Source: Eledone cirrhosa
Lineage: Eukaryota
Length of the DNA: 64,000 nucleotides
Direction: 5' to 3'
NCBI GenBank assembly: GCA_964016885.1
Contig: OZ024743.1
Location: 210,056,001-210,120,000, forward strand
The translations under genes were made by a program, and so were the position numbers. Under the pieces are notes generated by a model, which saw nothing but the letters and a program-made list of their open reading frames with translations, had not been told where the DNA came from and searched no databases. Below are positions 1 through 14,780 of this stretch, one piece after another (positions within the stretch are counted from its first letter, which is position 1; each line of letters begins with the position of its first letter).

Positions 1-1029
1 ACTCCATAAGATATACCACAGTTTACCATCCTATAGTCAAGCCACGGATGAAAGCGCTTCACTCCATAAGATATACCACAGTTTACCATCCTATAGTCAC
101 ACATGAAAGCTCTTCACTCCATAAGATATAACACAGTTTACCATCCTATAGCCAGATGAAAGCTCTTCACTCCATAAGATATACCACAGTTTACCATCCT
201 ATAGCCACAGATGAAAGCTCTTCACTCCATAAGATATACCACAGTTTACCATCCTATAGCCACAGATTAAAGCTCTTCACTCCATAAGATATACCACAGT
301 TTACCATCCTATAGCCACAGATGAAAGCTGTTCACTCCATAAGATATACCACAGTTTACCATCCTATAGCCACACATGAAAGCTCTTCACTCCATAAGAT
401 ATACCACAGTTTACCATCCTATAGCCACAGATGAAAGCTGTTCACTCCATAATATATACGACAGTTTAACATCCTATATCCACAGATGAAAGCTGTTCAC
501 TCCATAAGATATACGACAGTTTACCATCCTATAGCCAGATGAAAGCTCTTCACTCCATAAGATATATCACAGTTTACCATCCTATAGCCACAGATGAAAG
601 CTGTTCACTCCATAAGATATACCACAGTTTACCATCCTATAGCCAGATGAAAGCTCTTCACTCCATAAGATATACCACAGTTTACCATCCTAAAGCCACA
701 GATGAAAGCTCTTCACTCCATAAGATATACCACAGTTTACCATCCTATAGCGACAGATGAAAGCTGTTTACTCCATAAGATATACCACAGTTTACCATCC
801 TATAGCCAGATGAAAGCTCTTCACTCCATAAGATATACCACAGTTTACCATCCTATAGCCACAGATGAAAGCTGTTCACTCCATAAGATATACCACAGTT
901 TACCATCCTATAGCCAGATGAAAGCTCTTCACTCCATAAGATATACCACAGTTTACCATCCTAAAGCCACAGATGAAAGCTCTTCACTCCATAAGATATA
1001 CCACAGTTTACCATCCTATAGCCACAGAT

Positions 1030-4000
1030 GAAAGCTCTTCACTCCATAAGATATACCACAGTTTACCATCCTAAAATCACAGATGAAAGCTCTTCACTCC
1101 ATAAGATATACCACAGTTTACCATCCTATAGCCACAGATGAAAGCTCTTCACTCCATAAGATATACCACAGTTTACCATCCTATAGCCACAGATGAAAGC
1201 TCTTCACCCCATAAGATATACCACAGTTTACCATCCTATAGCCACACATGAAAGCTCTTCACTCCATAAGATATACCACAGTTTACCATCCTATAGCCAC
1301 ACATGAAAGCTCTTCACTCCATAAGATATACCACAGTTTACCATCCTATAGCCACACATGAAAGCTCTTCACTCCATAAGATATACCACAGTTTACCATC
1401 CTATAGCCACAGATGAAAGCTCTTCACCCCATAAGATATAACACAGTTCACCATCCTATAGCCACACATGAAAGCTCTTCACCCCATCAGATATACCACA
1501 GTTTACCATCCTATTGCCACACATTAAAGCTCTTCACTCCATAATATATACCAGAGTTTACCATCCTATAGCCACACATGAAAGCTCTTCACTCCATAAG
1601 ATATACCACAGTTTACCATCCTATAGCCAGATGAAAGCTCTTCACTCCATAAGATATACGATAGTTTACCATCCTATAGCCACACATGAAATCTCTTCAC
1701 TCCATAAGATATACCACAGTTTACCATCCTATAGCCACACATGAAAGCTCTTCACTCCATAAGATATACCACAGTTTACCATCCTATAGCCACACATGAA
1801 AGCTCTTCACTCCATAAGATATACCACAGTTTACCATCCTATAGCCACACATGAAAGCTCTTCACTCCATAAGATATACCACAGTTTACCATCCTATAGC
1901 CACACATGAAAGCTCTTCACTCCATAAGATATACCACAGTTTACCATCCTATAGCCACAGATGAAAGCTCTTCACCCCATAAGATATACCACAGTTTACC
2001 ATCCTATAGCCACAGATGAAAGCTCTTCACCCCATTAGATATACCACAGTTTACCATCCTATAGCCACACATGAAAGCTCTTCACTCCATAAGATATACC
2101 ACATTTTACCATCCTATAGCCACACATGAAAGCTCCTCACTCCATAAGATATACCACAGTTTACCATCCTATAGCCACACATGAAAGCTCTTCACGCCAT
2201 AAGATATACCACAGTTTACCATCCTATAGCCACAGATGAAAGCTCTTCACCCCATAAGATATACCACAGTTTACCATCCTATAGCCACACATGAAAGCTC
2301 TTCACCCCATCAGATATACCACAGTTTACCATCCTATTGCCACACATTAAAGCTCTTCACTCCATAATATATACCAGAGTTTACCATCCTATAGCCACAC
2401 ATGAAAGCTCTTCACTCCATAAGATATACCACAGTTTACCATCCTATAGCCAGATGAAAGCTCTTCACTCCATAAGATATACGATAGTTTACCATCCTAT
2501 AGCCACACATGAAATCTCTTCACTCCATAAGATATACCACAGTTTACCATCCTATAGCCACACATGAAAGCTCTTCACTCCATAAGATATACGTCAGTTT
2601 ACCATCCTATAGCCACAGATGAAAGCTCTTCACTCCATAAGATATACCACAGTTTACTATCCTATAGCCACACATGAGAGCTCTTCACCCCATAAGATAT
2701 ACCACAGTTTACCATCCTATAGCCAGATGAAAGCTCTTCACTCCGTAAAATATACCACAGTTTACCATCCTATAGCCACACATGAAAGCTCTTCACTCCA
2801 TAAGATATACCACAGTTTACCATCCTATAGCCACAGATGAAAGCTCTTCACTCCATAAGATATACCACAGTTTAACATCCTATAGCCACAGATGAAAGCT
2901 CTTCACCCCATAAGATATACCACAGTTTACCATCCTATAGCCACAGATGAAAGCTTTTCACTCCATAAGATATACCACAGTTTACCATCCTATAGCCACA
3001 CATGAAAGCTCTTCACTCCATAAGATATACCACAGTTTACCATACTATGGCCACACATGAAAGCTCTTCACCCCATAAGATATACCACAGTTTACCATCC
3101 TATAGCCACACATGAAAGCTCTTCACTCCATAAGATATACCACAGTTTATCATCCTATAGCCACACATGAAAGCTCTTCACTCCATAAGATATACCACAG
3201 TTTACCATCCTATAGCCACAGATGAAAGCTCTTCACCCCATAAGATATACCACAGTTTACCATCCTATAGCCACACATGAAAGCTCTTCACTCCATAAGA
3301 TATACCACAGTTTACCATCCTAAAACCACAGATGAAAGCTCTTCACTCCATAAGATATACCACAGTTTACCATCCTATAGCCACAGATGAAAGCTCTTCA
3401 CTCCATAAGATATACCACAGTTTACCATCCTATAGCCACAGATGAAAGCTCTTCACCCCATAAGATATACCACAGTTTACCATCCTATAGCCACACATGA
3501 AAGCTCTTCACTCCATAAGATATACCACAGTTTACCATCCTATAGCCACACATGAAAGCTCTTCACTCCATAAGATATACCACAGTTTACCATCCTATAG
3601 CCACACATGAAAGCTCTTCACTCCATAAGATATACCACAGTTTACCATCCTATAGCCACAGATGAAAGCTCTTCACCCCATAAGATATACCACAGTTTAC
3701 CATCCTATAGCCACACATGAAAGCTCTTCACTCCATCAGATATACCACAGTTTACCATCCTATTGCCACACATTAAAGCTCTTCACTCCATAATATATAC
3801 CAGAGTTTCCCATCCTATAGCCACACATGAAAGCTCTTCACTCCATAAGATATACCACAGTTTACCATCCTATAGCCAGATGAAAGCTCTTCACTCCATA
3901 AGATATACGATAGTTTACCATCCTATAGCCACACATGAAATCTCTTCACTCCATAAGATATACCACAGTTTACCATCCTATAGCCACACATGAAAGCTCT

Positions 4001-5540
4001 TCACTCCATAAGATATACCACAGTTTACCATCCTATAGCCACACATGAAAGCTCTTCACTCCATAAGATATACCACAGTTTACCATCCTATAGCCACACA
4101 TGAAAGCTCTTCACTCCATAAGATATACCACAGTTTACCATCCTATAGCCACACATGAAAGCTCTTCACTCCATAAGATATACCACAGTTTACCATCCTA
4201 TAGCCACAGATGAAAGCTCTTCACCCCATAAGATATACCACAGTTTACCATCCTATAGCCACAGATGAAAGCTCTTCACCCCATTAGATATACCACAGTT
4301 TACCATCCTATAGCCACACATGAAAGCTCTTCACTCCATAAGATATACCACATTTTACCATCCTATAGCCACACATGAAAGCTCCTCACTCCATAAGATA
4401 TACAACAGTTTACCATCCTATAGCCACACATGAAAGCTCTTCACGCCATAAGATATACCACAGTTTACCATCCTATAGCCACAGATGAAAGCTCTTCACC
4501 CCATAAGATATACCACAGTTTACCATCCTATAGCCACACATGAAAGCTCTTCACCCCATCAGATATACCACAGTTTACCATCCTATTGCCACACATTAAA
4601 GCTCTTCACTCCATAATATATACCAGAGTTTACCATCCTATAGCCACACATGAAAGCTCTTCACTCCATAAGATATACCACAGTTTACCATCCTATAGCC
4701 AGATGAAAGCTCTTCACTCCATAAGATATACGATAGTTTACCATCCTATAGCCACACATGAAATCTCTTCACTCCATAAGATATACCACAGTTTACCATC
4801 CTATAGCCACACATGAAAGCTCTTCACTCCATAAGATATACGTCAGTTTACCATCCTATAGCCACAGATGAAAGCTCTTCACTCCATAAGATATACCACA
4901 GTTTACTATCCTATAGCCACACATGAGAGCTCTTCACCCCATAAGATATACCACAGTTTACCATCCTATAGCCAGATGAAAGCTCTTCACTCCGTAAAAT
5001 ATACCACAGTTTACCATCCTATAGCCACACATGAAAGCTCTTCACTCCATAAGATATACCACAGTTTACCATCCTATAGCCACAGATGAAAGCTCTTCAC
5101 TCCATAAGATATACCACAGTTTAACATCCTATAGCCACAGATGAAAGCTCTTCACTCCATACGATATACCACAGTTTACCATCCTATAGCCACAGATGAA
5201 AGCTTTTCACTCCATAAGATATACCACAGTTTACCATCCTATAGCCACACATGAAAGCTCTTCACTCCATAAGATATACCACAGTTTACCATACTATGGC
5301 CACACATGAAAGCTCTTCACCCCATAAGATATACCACAGTTTACCATCCTATAGCCACACATGAAAGCTCTTCACTCCATAAGATATACCACAGTTTACC
5401 ATCCTATAGCCACACATGAAAGCTCTTCACTCCATAAGATATACCACAGTTTACCATCCTATAGCCACAGATGAAAGCTCTTCACCCCATAAGATATACC
5501 ACAGTTTACCATCCTATAGCCACACATGAAAGCTCTTCAC
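1030..5540 (+). repeat. Tandem duplication of a 2,249-bp block, each copy containing an internal 823-bp (15-monomer) repeat
   Basis: Offsets 1514->3763, 2337->4586 and 2619->4868 are 2,249; 1514->2337 and 3763->4586 are 823. Shared rare variants include CCCATTAG, CACATTTT, GCTCCTC and CATACTATGG. Confidence 0.85.
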
Positions 5541-8087
5541 CCCATAAGATATACCACAGTTTACCATCCTATTGCCACACATGAAAGTTCTTCACTCGAT
5601 AAGATATACCACAGTTTACCATCCAATAGCCACACATGAAAGCTCTTCACTCCATAAGATATACCACAGTTTACCATCCTATAGCCAGATGAAAGCTCTT
5701 CACTCCATAAGATATACGACAGTTTACCATCCTATAGCCACACATGAAAGCTCTTCAATCCATAAGATATACCCCAGTTTACCATCCTATAGCCAGATGA
5801 AAGCTCTTCACTCCATAAGATATACCACAGTTTACCACCCTATAGCCACAGATGAAAGCTCTTCACTCCATGAGATATACCACAGTTTACCATCCTATAG
5901 CCATGCCACGGATGAAAGCTCTTCACTCCATAAGATATACGACAGTTTACCATCCTATAGCCACACATGAAAGCTCTTCACTCGATAAGATATACCACAG
6001 TTTACCATCCTATAGCCACACATGAAAGCTCTTCACTCCATAAGATATACCACAGTTTACCATCCTATAGCCACACATGAAAGCTCTTCACTCCATAAGA
6101 TATCCCACAGTTTACCATCATATAGCCACACATGAAAGCTCTTCACTCCATAAGATATACCACAGTTTACCATCCTATAGCCAGATGGAAGCTCTTCACT
6201 CCATAAGATATACCACAGTTTACCATCCTATAGCCACAGATGAAAGCTCTTCACTCGATAAGATATACCACAGTTTACCATCCTATAGCCACAGATGAAA
6301 GCTCTTCACTCCATAAGATATACCACAGTTTACCATCCTATAGTCACAGATGAAAGCTGTTCACTCCATAAGATATACGACAGTTTACCATCGTATAGCC
6401 ACAGATGAAAGCTGTTCACTCCATAAGATATACCACAGTTTACCATCCTATAGCCAGATGAAAGCTCTTCACTCCATAAGATATACCACAGTTTACCATC
6501 CTATAGCCAGATGAAAGCTCTTCACTCAATAAGATATACCACAGTTTACCATCCTATAGCCACAGATGAAAGCTCTTCACTCCATAAGATATACCACAGT
6601 TTACCATCCTATAGCCACACATGAAAGCTCTTCACTCCATAAGATATACCACAGTTTACCATCCTATAGCCACACATGAAAGCTCTTCACTCCATAAGAT
6701 ATACCACAGTTTACCATCCTATAGCCACAGATGAAAGCTCTTCACCCCATAAGATATACCACAGTTTACCATCCTATTGCCACACATGAAAGCTCTTCAC
6801 TCAATAAGATATACCACAGTTTACCATCCTATGGCCACACATGAAAGCTCTTCACCCCATAAGATATACCACAGTTTACCATCCTATAGCCAGATGAAAG
6901 CTCTTCACTCCATAAGATATACCACAGTTTACCATCCTATAGCCACACATGAAAGCTCTTCACTCCATAAGATATACCACTGTTTACCATCCTATAGCCA
7001 CACATGAGAGCTCTTCACCCCATAAGATATACCTCAGTTTAGCATCCTATAGCCACAGATGAAAGCTCTTCACTCCATAAGATATACCACAGTTTACCAT
7101 CCTATAGCCACACATGAGAGCTCCTCACTCCATAAAATATACCACAGTTTACCATCCTATAGCCACACATGAAAGCTCTTCACTCCATAAGATATACCAC
7201 AGTTTACCATCCTATGGCCACACATGAAAGCTCTTCACCCCATAAGATATACCACAGTTTACCATCCTATAGCCACACATGAAAGCTCTTCACTCCATAA
7301 GATATACCACAATTTACCATCCTATAGCCAGATGAAAGCTCTTCACTCCATAAGATATACCACAGTTTACCATCCTATAGCTACACATGAAAGCTCTTCA
7401 CTCCATAAGATATACCACAGTTTATATTCCTATAGCCACACATAAAAGTTCTTCACTCGATAAGATATACCACAGTTTATATTCCTATAGCCACACATAA
7501 AAGTTCTTCACTCGATAAGATATACCACAGTTTACCATCCTATAGCCACACATGAAAGTTCTTCACTCCATAAGATATACCACAGTTTACCATCCTATAG
7601 CCAGATGAAAGCTCTTCACTCCATAAGATATACGACAGTTTACCATCCTATAGCCACAGATGAAAGCTCTTCACTCCATAAGATATACCACAGTTTACCA
7701 TCCTATAGCCACACATGAAAGCTCTTCACTCCATGAGATATACCACAGTTTACCATCCTATAGTCAAGCCAGGGATGAAAGCTCTTCCCTCCATAAGATA
7801 TACCCCAGTTCACCATCCTATAGCCAGATGAAAGCTCTTCACTCCATAAGATATACCACAGTTTACCACCCTATAGCCACAGATGAAAGCTCTTCACTCC
7901 ATGAGATATACCACAGTTTACCATCCTATAGCCACGCCACGGATGAAAGCTCTTCACTCCATAAGATATACCACAGTTTACAATCCTATAGCCACAGATG
8001 AAAGCTCTTCACTCCATAAGATATACCACAGTTTACCATCCTATGGCCACAGATGAAAGCTCTTCACTCCATAATATATACCACAGT

Positions 8088-11000
8088 TTACCATCCTATA
8101 GCCACAGATGAAAGCTCTTCACTCCATAAGATATACCACAGTTTACCATCCTGTAGCCACACATGAAAGCTCTTCACTCCATAAGATATACCACAGTTTA
8201 CCATCCTATAGTCAAGCCAGGGATGAAAGCTCTTCACTCCATAAGATATACCACAGTTTACCATCCTATAGTCACACATGAAAGCTCTTCACTCCATAAG
8301 ATATAACACAGTTTACCATCCTATAGCCAGATGAAAGCTCTTCACTCCATAAGATATACCACAGTTTACCATCCTATAGCCACAGATGAAAGCTCTTCAC
8401 TCCATAAGATATACCACAGTTTACCATCCTATAGCCACAGATTAAAGCTCTTCACTCCATAAGATATACCACAGTTTACCATCCTATAGCCACAGATGAA
8501 AGCTGTTCACTCCATAAGATATACCACAGTTTACCATCCTATAGCCACACATGAAAGCTCTTCACTCCATAAGATATACCACAGTTTACCATCCTATAGC
8601 CACAGATGAAAGCTGTTCACTCCATAATATATACGACAGTTTAACATCCTATATCCACAGATGAAAGCTGTTCACTCCATAAGATATACGACAGTTTACC
8701 ATCCTATAGCCAGATGAAAGCTCTTCACTCCATAAGATATATCACAGTTTACCATCCTATAGCCACAGATGAAAGCTGTTCACTCCATAAGATATACCAC
8801 AGTTTACCATCCTATAGCCAGATGAAAGCTCTTCACTCCATAAGATATACCACAGTTTACCATCCTAAAGCCACAGATGAAAGCTCTTCACTCCATAAGA
8901 TATACCACAGTTTACCATCCTATAGCGACAGATGAAAGCTGTTTTCTCCATAAGATATACCACAGTTTACCATCCTATAGCCAGATGAAAGCTCTTCACT
9001 CCATAAGATATACCACAGTTTACCATCCTATAGCCACAGATGAAAGCTGTTCACTCCATAAGATATACCACAGTTTACCATCCTATAGCCAGATGAAAGC
9101 TCTTCACTCCATAAGATATACCACAGTTTACCATCCTAAAGCCACAGATGAAAGCTCTTCACTCCATAAGATATACCACAGTTTACCATCCTATAGCCAC
9201 AGATGAAAGCTCTTCACTCCATAAGATATACCACAGTTTACCATCCTAAAACCACAGATGAAAGCTCTTCACTCCATAAGATATACCACAGTTTACCATC
9301 CTATAGCCACAGATGAAAGCTCTTCACTCCATAAGATATACCACAGTTTACCATCCTATAGCCACAGATGAAAGCTCTTCACCCCATAAGATATACCACA
9401 GTTTACCATCCTATAGCCACACATGAAAGCTCTTCACTCCATAAGATATACCACAGTTTACCATCCTATAGCCACACATGAAAGTTCTTCACTCCATAAG
9501 ATATACCACAGTTTACCATCCTATAGCCACACATGAAAGCTCTTCACTCCATAAGATATACCACAGTTTACCATCCTATAGCCACAGATGAAAGCTCTTC
9601 ACCCCATAAGATATACCACAGTTTACCATCCTATAGCCACACATGAAAGCTCTTCACCCCATCAGATATACCACAGTTTACCATCCTATTGCCACACATT
9701 AAAGCTCTTCACTCCATAATATATACCAGAGTTTACCATCCTATAGCCACACATGAAAGCTCTTCACTCCATAAGATATACCACAGTTTACCATCCTATA
9801 GCCAGATGAAAGCTCTTCACTCCATAAGATATACGATAGTTTACCATCCTATAGCCACACATGAAATCTCTTCACTCCATAAGATATACCACAGTTTACC
9901 ATCCTATAGCCACACATGAAAGCTCTTCACTCCATAAGATATACGTCAGTTTACCATCCTATAGCCACAGATGAAAGCTCTTCACTCCATAAGATATACC
10001 ACAGTTTACTATCCTATAGCCACACATGAGAGCTCTTCACCCCATAAGATATACCACAGTTTACCATCCTATAGCCAGATGAAAGCTCTTCACTCCGTAA
10101 AATATACCACAGTTTACCATCCTATAGCCACACATGAAAGCTCTTCACTCCATAAGATATACCACAGTTTACCATCCTATAGCCACAGATGAAAGCTCTT
10201 CACTCCATAAGATATACCACAGTTTAACATCCTATAGCCACAGATGAAAGCTCTTCACTCCATACGATATACCACAGTTTACCATCCTATAGCCACAGAT
10301 GAAAGCTTTTCACTCCATAAGATATACCACAGTTTACCATCCTATAGCCACAGATGAAAGCTCTTCACCCCATAAGATATACCCCAGTTAACCATCCTAT
10401 AGCCACACATGAAAGCTCTTCACTCCATAAGATATACCACAGTTTACCATCCTATAGCCACAGATAAAAGCTCTTCACCCCATAAGATATACCACAGTTT
10501 ACCATCCTATAGCCACACATGAAAGCTCTTCACTCCATAAGATATACCACAGTTTACCATCCTATAGCCACACATGAAAGCTCTTCACTCCATAAGATAT
10601 ACCACAGTTTACCATCCTATAGCCACAGATGAAAGCTCTTCACCCCATAAGATATACCACAGTTTACCATCCTACAGCCACAGATGAAAGCTCTTCACCC
10701 CATGAGACATACCACAGTTTACCATCCTATAGCCACACATGAAAGCTCTTCACTCCATAAGATATACCACAGTTTACCATCCTATAGCCACACATGAAAG
10801 CTCTTCACGCCATAAGATATACCTCAGTTTACGATCCTATAGCCACAGATGAAAGCTCTTCACTCCATAAGATATACCACAGTTTACCATCCTATAGCCA
10901 CAGATGAAAGCTCTTCACTCCATAAGATATACCACAGTTTACCATGCTATAGCCACAGATGAAAGCTGTTCACTCCATAAGATATACGACAGTTTACCAT

Positions 11001-11592
11001 CCTATAGCCACAGATGAAAGCTGTTCACTCCATAAGATATACGACAGTTTACCATCCTATAGCCAGATGAAAGCTCTTCACTCCATAAGATATACCACAG
11101 TTTACCATCCTATAGCCACAGATGAAAGCTGTTCACTCCATAAGATATACCACAGTTTACCATCCTATAGCCAGATGAAAGCTCTTCATTCCATAAGATA
11201 TACCACAGTTTACCATCCTATAGCCAGATGAAAGCTCTTCACTCCATAAGATATACCACAGTTTACCATCCTATAGCCACAGATGAAAGCTCTTCACTCC
11301 ATAAGATATACCACAGTTTACCACCCTATAGCCACAGATGAAAGCTCTTCACTCCATGAGATATACCACAGTTTACCATCCTATAGCCACAGATGAAAGC
11401 TCTTCACTCCATAAGATATACCACAGTTTAACATCCTATAGCCACAGATGAAATCTCTTCACCCCATAAGATATACCACGGTTTAACATCCTATAGCCAC
11501 AGATGAAAGCTCTTCACTCCATACGATATACCACAGTTTACCATCCTATAGCCACAGATGAAAGCTCTTAACTCCATAAGATATACCACAGT
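8088..11592 (+). repeat. 3,505-bp higher-order repeat copy (64 monomers), left domain
   Basis: Marker ORFs at 8088 and 11593 are 3,505 bp apart. The ordered variants (GTCAAGCC 60-mer, GATTAAAG, TATATCAC, GCGACAG, TATTGCC, CCGTAAAA, GAGACAT, CATGCTA, CTTAACT) match the other copies. Confidence 0.88.
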
Positions 11593-14500
11593 TTACCATC
11601 CTATAGCCACAGATGAAAGCTCTTCACCCCATAAGATATACCACAGTTTACCATCCTGTAGCCACACATGAAAGCTCTTCACTCCATAAGATATACCACA
11701 GTTTACCATCCTATAGTCAAGCCACGGATGAAAGCTCTTCACTCCATAAGATATACCACAGTTTACCATCCTATAGTCACACATGAAAGCTCTTCACTCC
11801 ATAAGATATAACACAGTTTACCATCCTATAGCCAGATGAAAGCTCTTCACTCCATAAGATATACCACAGTTTACCATCCTATAGCCACACATGAAAGCTC
11901 TTCACTCCATAAGATATACCACAGTTTACCATCCTATGGCCACACATGAAAGCTCTTCACCCCATAAGATATACCACAGTTTACCATCCTATAGCCACAC
12001 ATGAAAGCTCTTCACTCCATAAGATATACCACAGTTTACCATCCTATAGCCAGATGAAAGCTCTTCACTCCATAAGATATACCACAGTTTACCATCCTAT
12101 AGCCACACATGAAAGCTCTTCACTCCATAAGATATACCACAGTTTATATTCCTGTAGCCACACATAAAAGTTCTTCACTCGATAAGATATACCACAGTTT
12201 ACCATCCTATAGCCACACATGAAAGCTCTTCACTCCATAAGATATACCACAGTTTACCATCCTATAGCCAGATGAAAGCTCTTCACTCCATAAGATATAC
12301 GACAGTTTACCATCCTATAGCCACACATGAAAGCTCTTCAATCCATAAGATATACCTCAGTTTACCATCCTATAGCCACAGATGAAATCTCTTCACTCCA
12401 TAAGATATACCACAGTTTACCATCCTATAGCCACAGATGAAAGCTCTTCACTCCATAAGATATACCACAGTTTACCATCCTATAGCCACACATGAAAGCT
12501 CTTCACTCCATGAGATATACCACAGTTTACCATCCTATAGTCAAGCCAGGGATGAAAGCTCTTCACTCCATAAGATATACCCCAGTTCACCATCCTATAG
12601 CCAGATGAAAGCTCTTCACTCCATAAGATATACCACAGTTTACCATCCTATAGCCACAGATAAAAGCTCTTCACCCCATAAGATATACCACAGTTTACCA
12701 TCCTATAGCCACACATGAAAGCTCTTCACTCCATAAGATATACCACAGTTTACCATCCTATAGCCACACATGAAAGCTCTTCACTCCATAAGATATACCA
12801 CAGTTTACCATCCTATAGCCACAGATGAAAGCTCTTCACCCCATAAGATATACCACAGTTTACCATCCTACAGCCACAGATGAAAGCTCTTCACCCCATG
12901 AGACATACCACAGTTTACCATCCTATAGCCACACATGAAAGCTCTTCACTCCATAAGATATACCACAGTTTACCATCCTATAGCCACACATGAAAGCTCT
13001 TCACGCCATAAGATATACCTCAGTTTACGATCCTATAGCCACAGATGAAAGCTCTTCACTCCATAAGATATACCACAGTTTACCATCCTATAGCCACAGA
13101 TGAAAGCTCTTCACTCCATAAGATATACCACAGTTTACCATGCTATAGCCACAGATGAAAGCTGTTCACTCCATAAGATATACGACAGTTTACCATCCTA
13201 TAGCCACAGATGAAAGCTGTTCACTCCATAAGATATACGACAGTTTACCATCCTATAGCCAGATGAAAGCTCTTCACTCCATAAGATATACCACAGTTTA
13301 CCATCCTATAGCCACAGATGAAAGCTGTTCACTCCATAAGATATACCACAGTTTACCATCCTATAGCCAGATGAAAGCTCTTCATTCCATAAGATATACC
13401 ACAGTTTACCATCCTATAGCCAGATGAAAGCTCTTCACTCCATAAGATATACCACAGTTTACCATCCTATAGCCACAGATGAAAGCTCTTCACTCCATAA
13501 GATATACCACAGTTTACCACCCTATAGCCACAGATGAAAGCTCTTCACTCCATGAGATATACCACAGTTTACCATCCTATAGCCACAGATGAAAGCTCTT
13601 CACTCCATAAGATATACCACAGTTTAACATCCTATAGCCACAGATGAAATCTCTTCACCCCATAAGATATACCACGGTTTAACATCCTATAGCCACAGAT
13701 GAAAGCTCTTCACTCCATACGATATACCACAGTTTACCATCCTATAGCCACAGATGAAAGCTCTTAACTCCATAAGATATACCACAGTTTACCATCCTAT
13801 AGCCACAGATGAAAGCTCTTCACCCCATAAGATATACCACAGTTTACCATCCTGTAGCCACACATGAAAGCTCTTCACTCCATAAGATATACCACAGTTT
13901 ACCATCCTATAGTCAAGCCACGGATGAAAGCTCTTCACTCCATAAGATATACCACAGTTTACCATCCTATAGTCACACATGAAAGCTCTTCACTCCATAA
14001 GATATAACACAGTTTACCATCCTATAGCCAGATGAAAGCTCTTCACTCCATAAGATATACCACAGTTTACCATCCTATAGCCACACATGAAAGCTCTTCA
14101 CTCCATAAGATATACCACAGTTTACCATCCTATGGCCACACATGAAAGCTCTTCACCCCATAAGATATACCACAGTTTACCATCCTATAGCCACACATGA
14201 AAGCTCTTCACTCCATAAGATATACCACAGTTTACCATCCTATAGCCAGATGAAAGCTCTTCACTCCATAAGATATACCACAGTTTACCATCCTATAGCC
14301 ACACATGAAAGCTCTTCACTCCATAAGATATACCACAGTTTATATTCCTGTAGCCACACATAAAAGTTCTTCACTCGATAAGATATACCACAGTTTACCA
14401 TCCTATAGCCACACATGAAAGCTCTTCACTCCATAAGATATACCACAGTTTACCATCCTATAGCCAGATGAAAGCTCTTCACTCCATAAGATATACGACA

Positions 14501-14780
14501 GTTTACCATCCTATAGCCACACATGAAAGCTCTTCAATCCATAAGATATACCTCAGTTTACCATCCTATAGCCACAGATGAAATCTCTTCACTCCATAAG
14601 ATATACCACAGTTTACCATCCTATAGCCACAGATGAAAGCTCTTCACTCCATAAGATATACCACAGTTTACCATCCTATAGCCACACATGAAAGCTCTTC
14701 ACTCCATAAGATATACCCCAGTTCACCATCCTATAGCCAGATGAAAGCTCTTCACTCCATAAGATATACCACAGTTTACC
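10409..14780 (+). repeat. Tandem duplication of a 2,196-bp block
   Basis: Offsets 10959->13155, 11593->13789, 11946->14142 and 12437->14633 are all 2,196. Shared markers are CCTACAGCC (about 10671/12867) and TATTCCTGTAG (about 12147/14343). Confidence 0.87.

Noticed and set aside
206-220. Hammerhead ribozyme satellite (CAGATGAAA resembles CUGAUGA/GAAA)
   Set aside because: The core reads CAGAUGA rather than CUGAUGA, GAAA overlaps it with no stem II between them, and stems I and III cannot be formed. The minus strand has no core either.
212-224. Heat-shock element (GAA..TTC)
   Set aside because: An HSE needs nGAAnnTTCn spacing with at least three alternating units. Here GAA and TTC are 5 nt apart and only two units are present.
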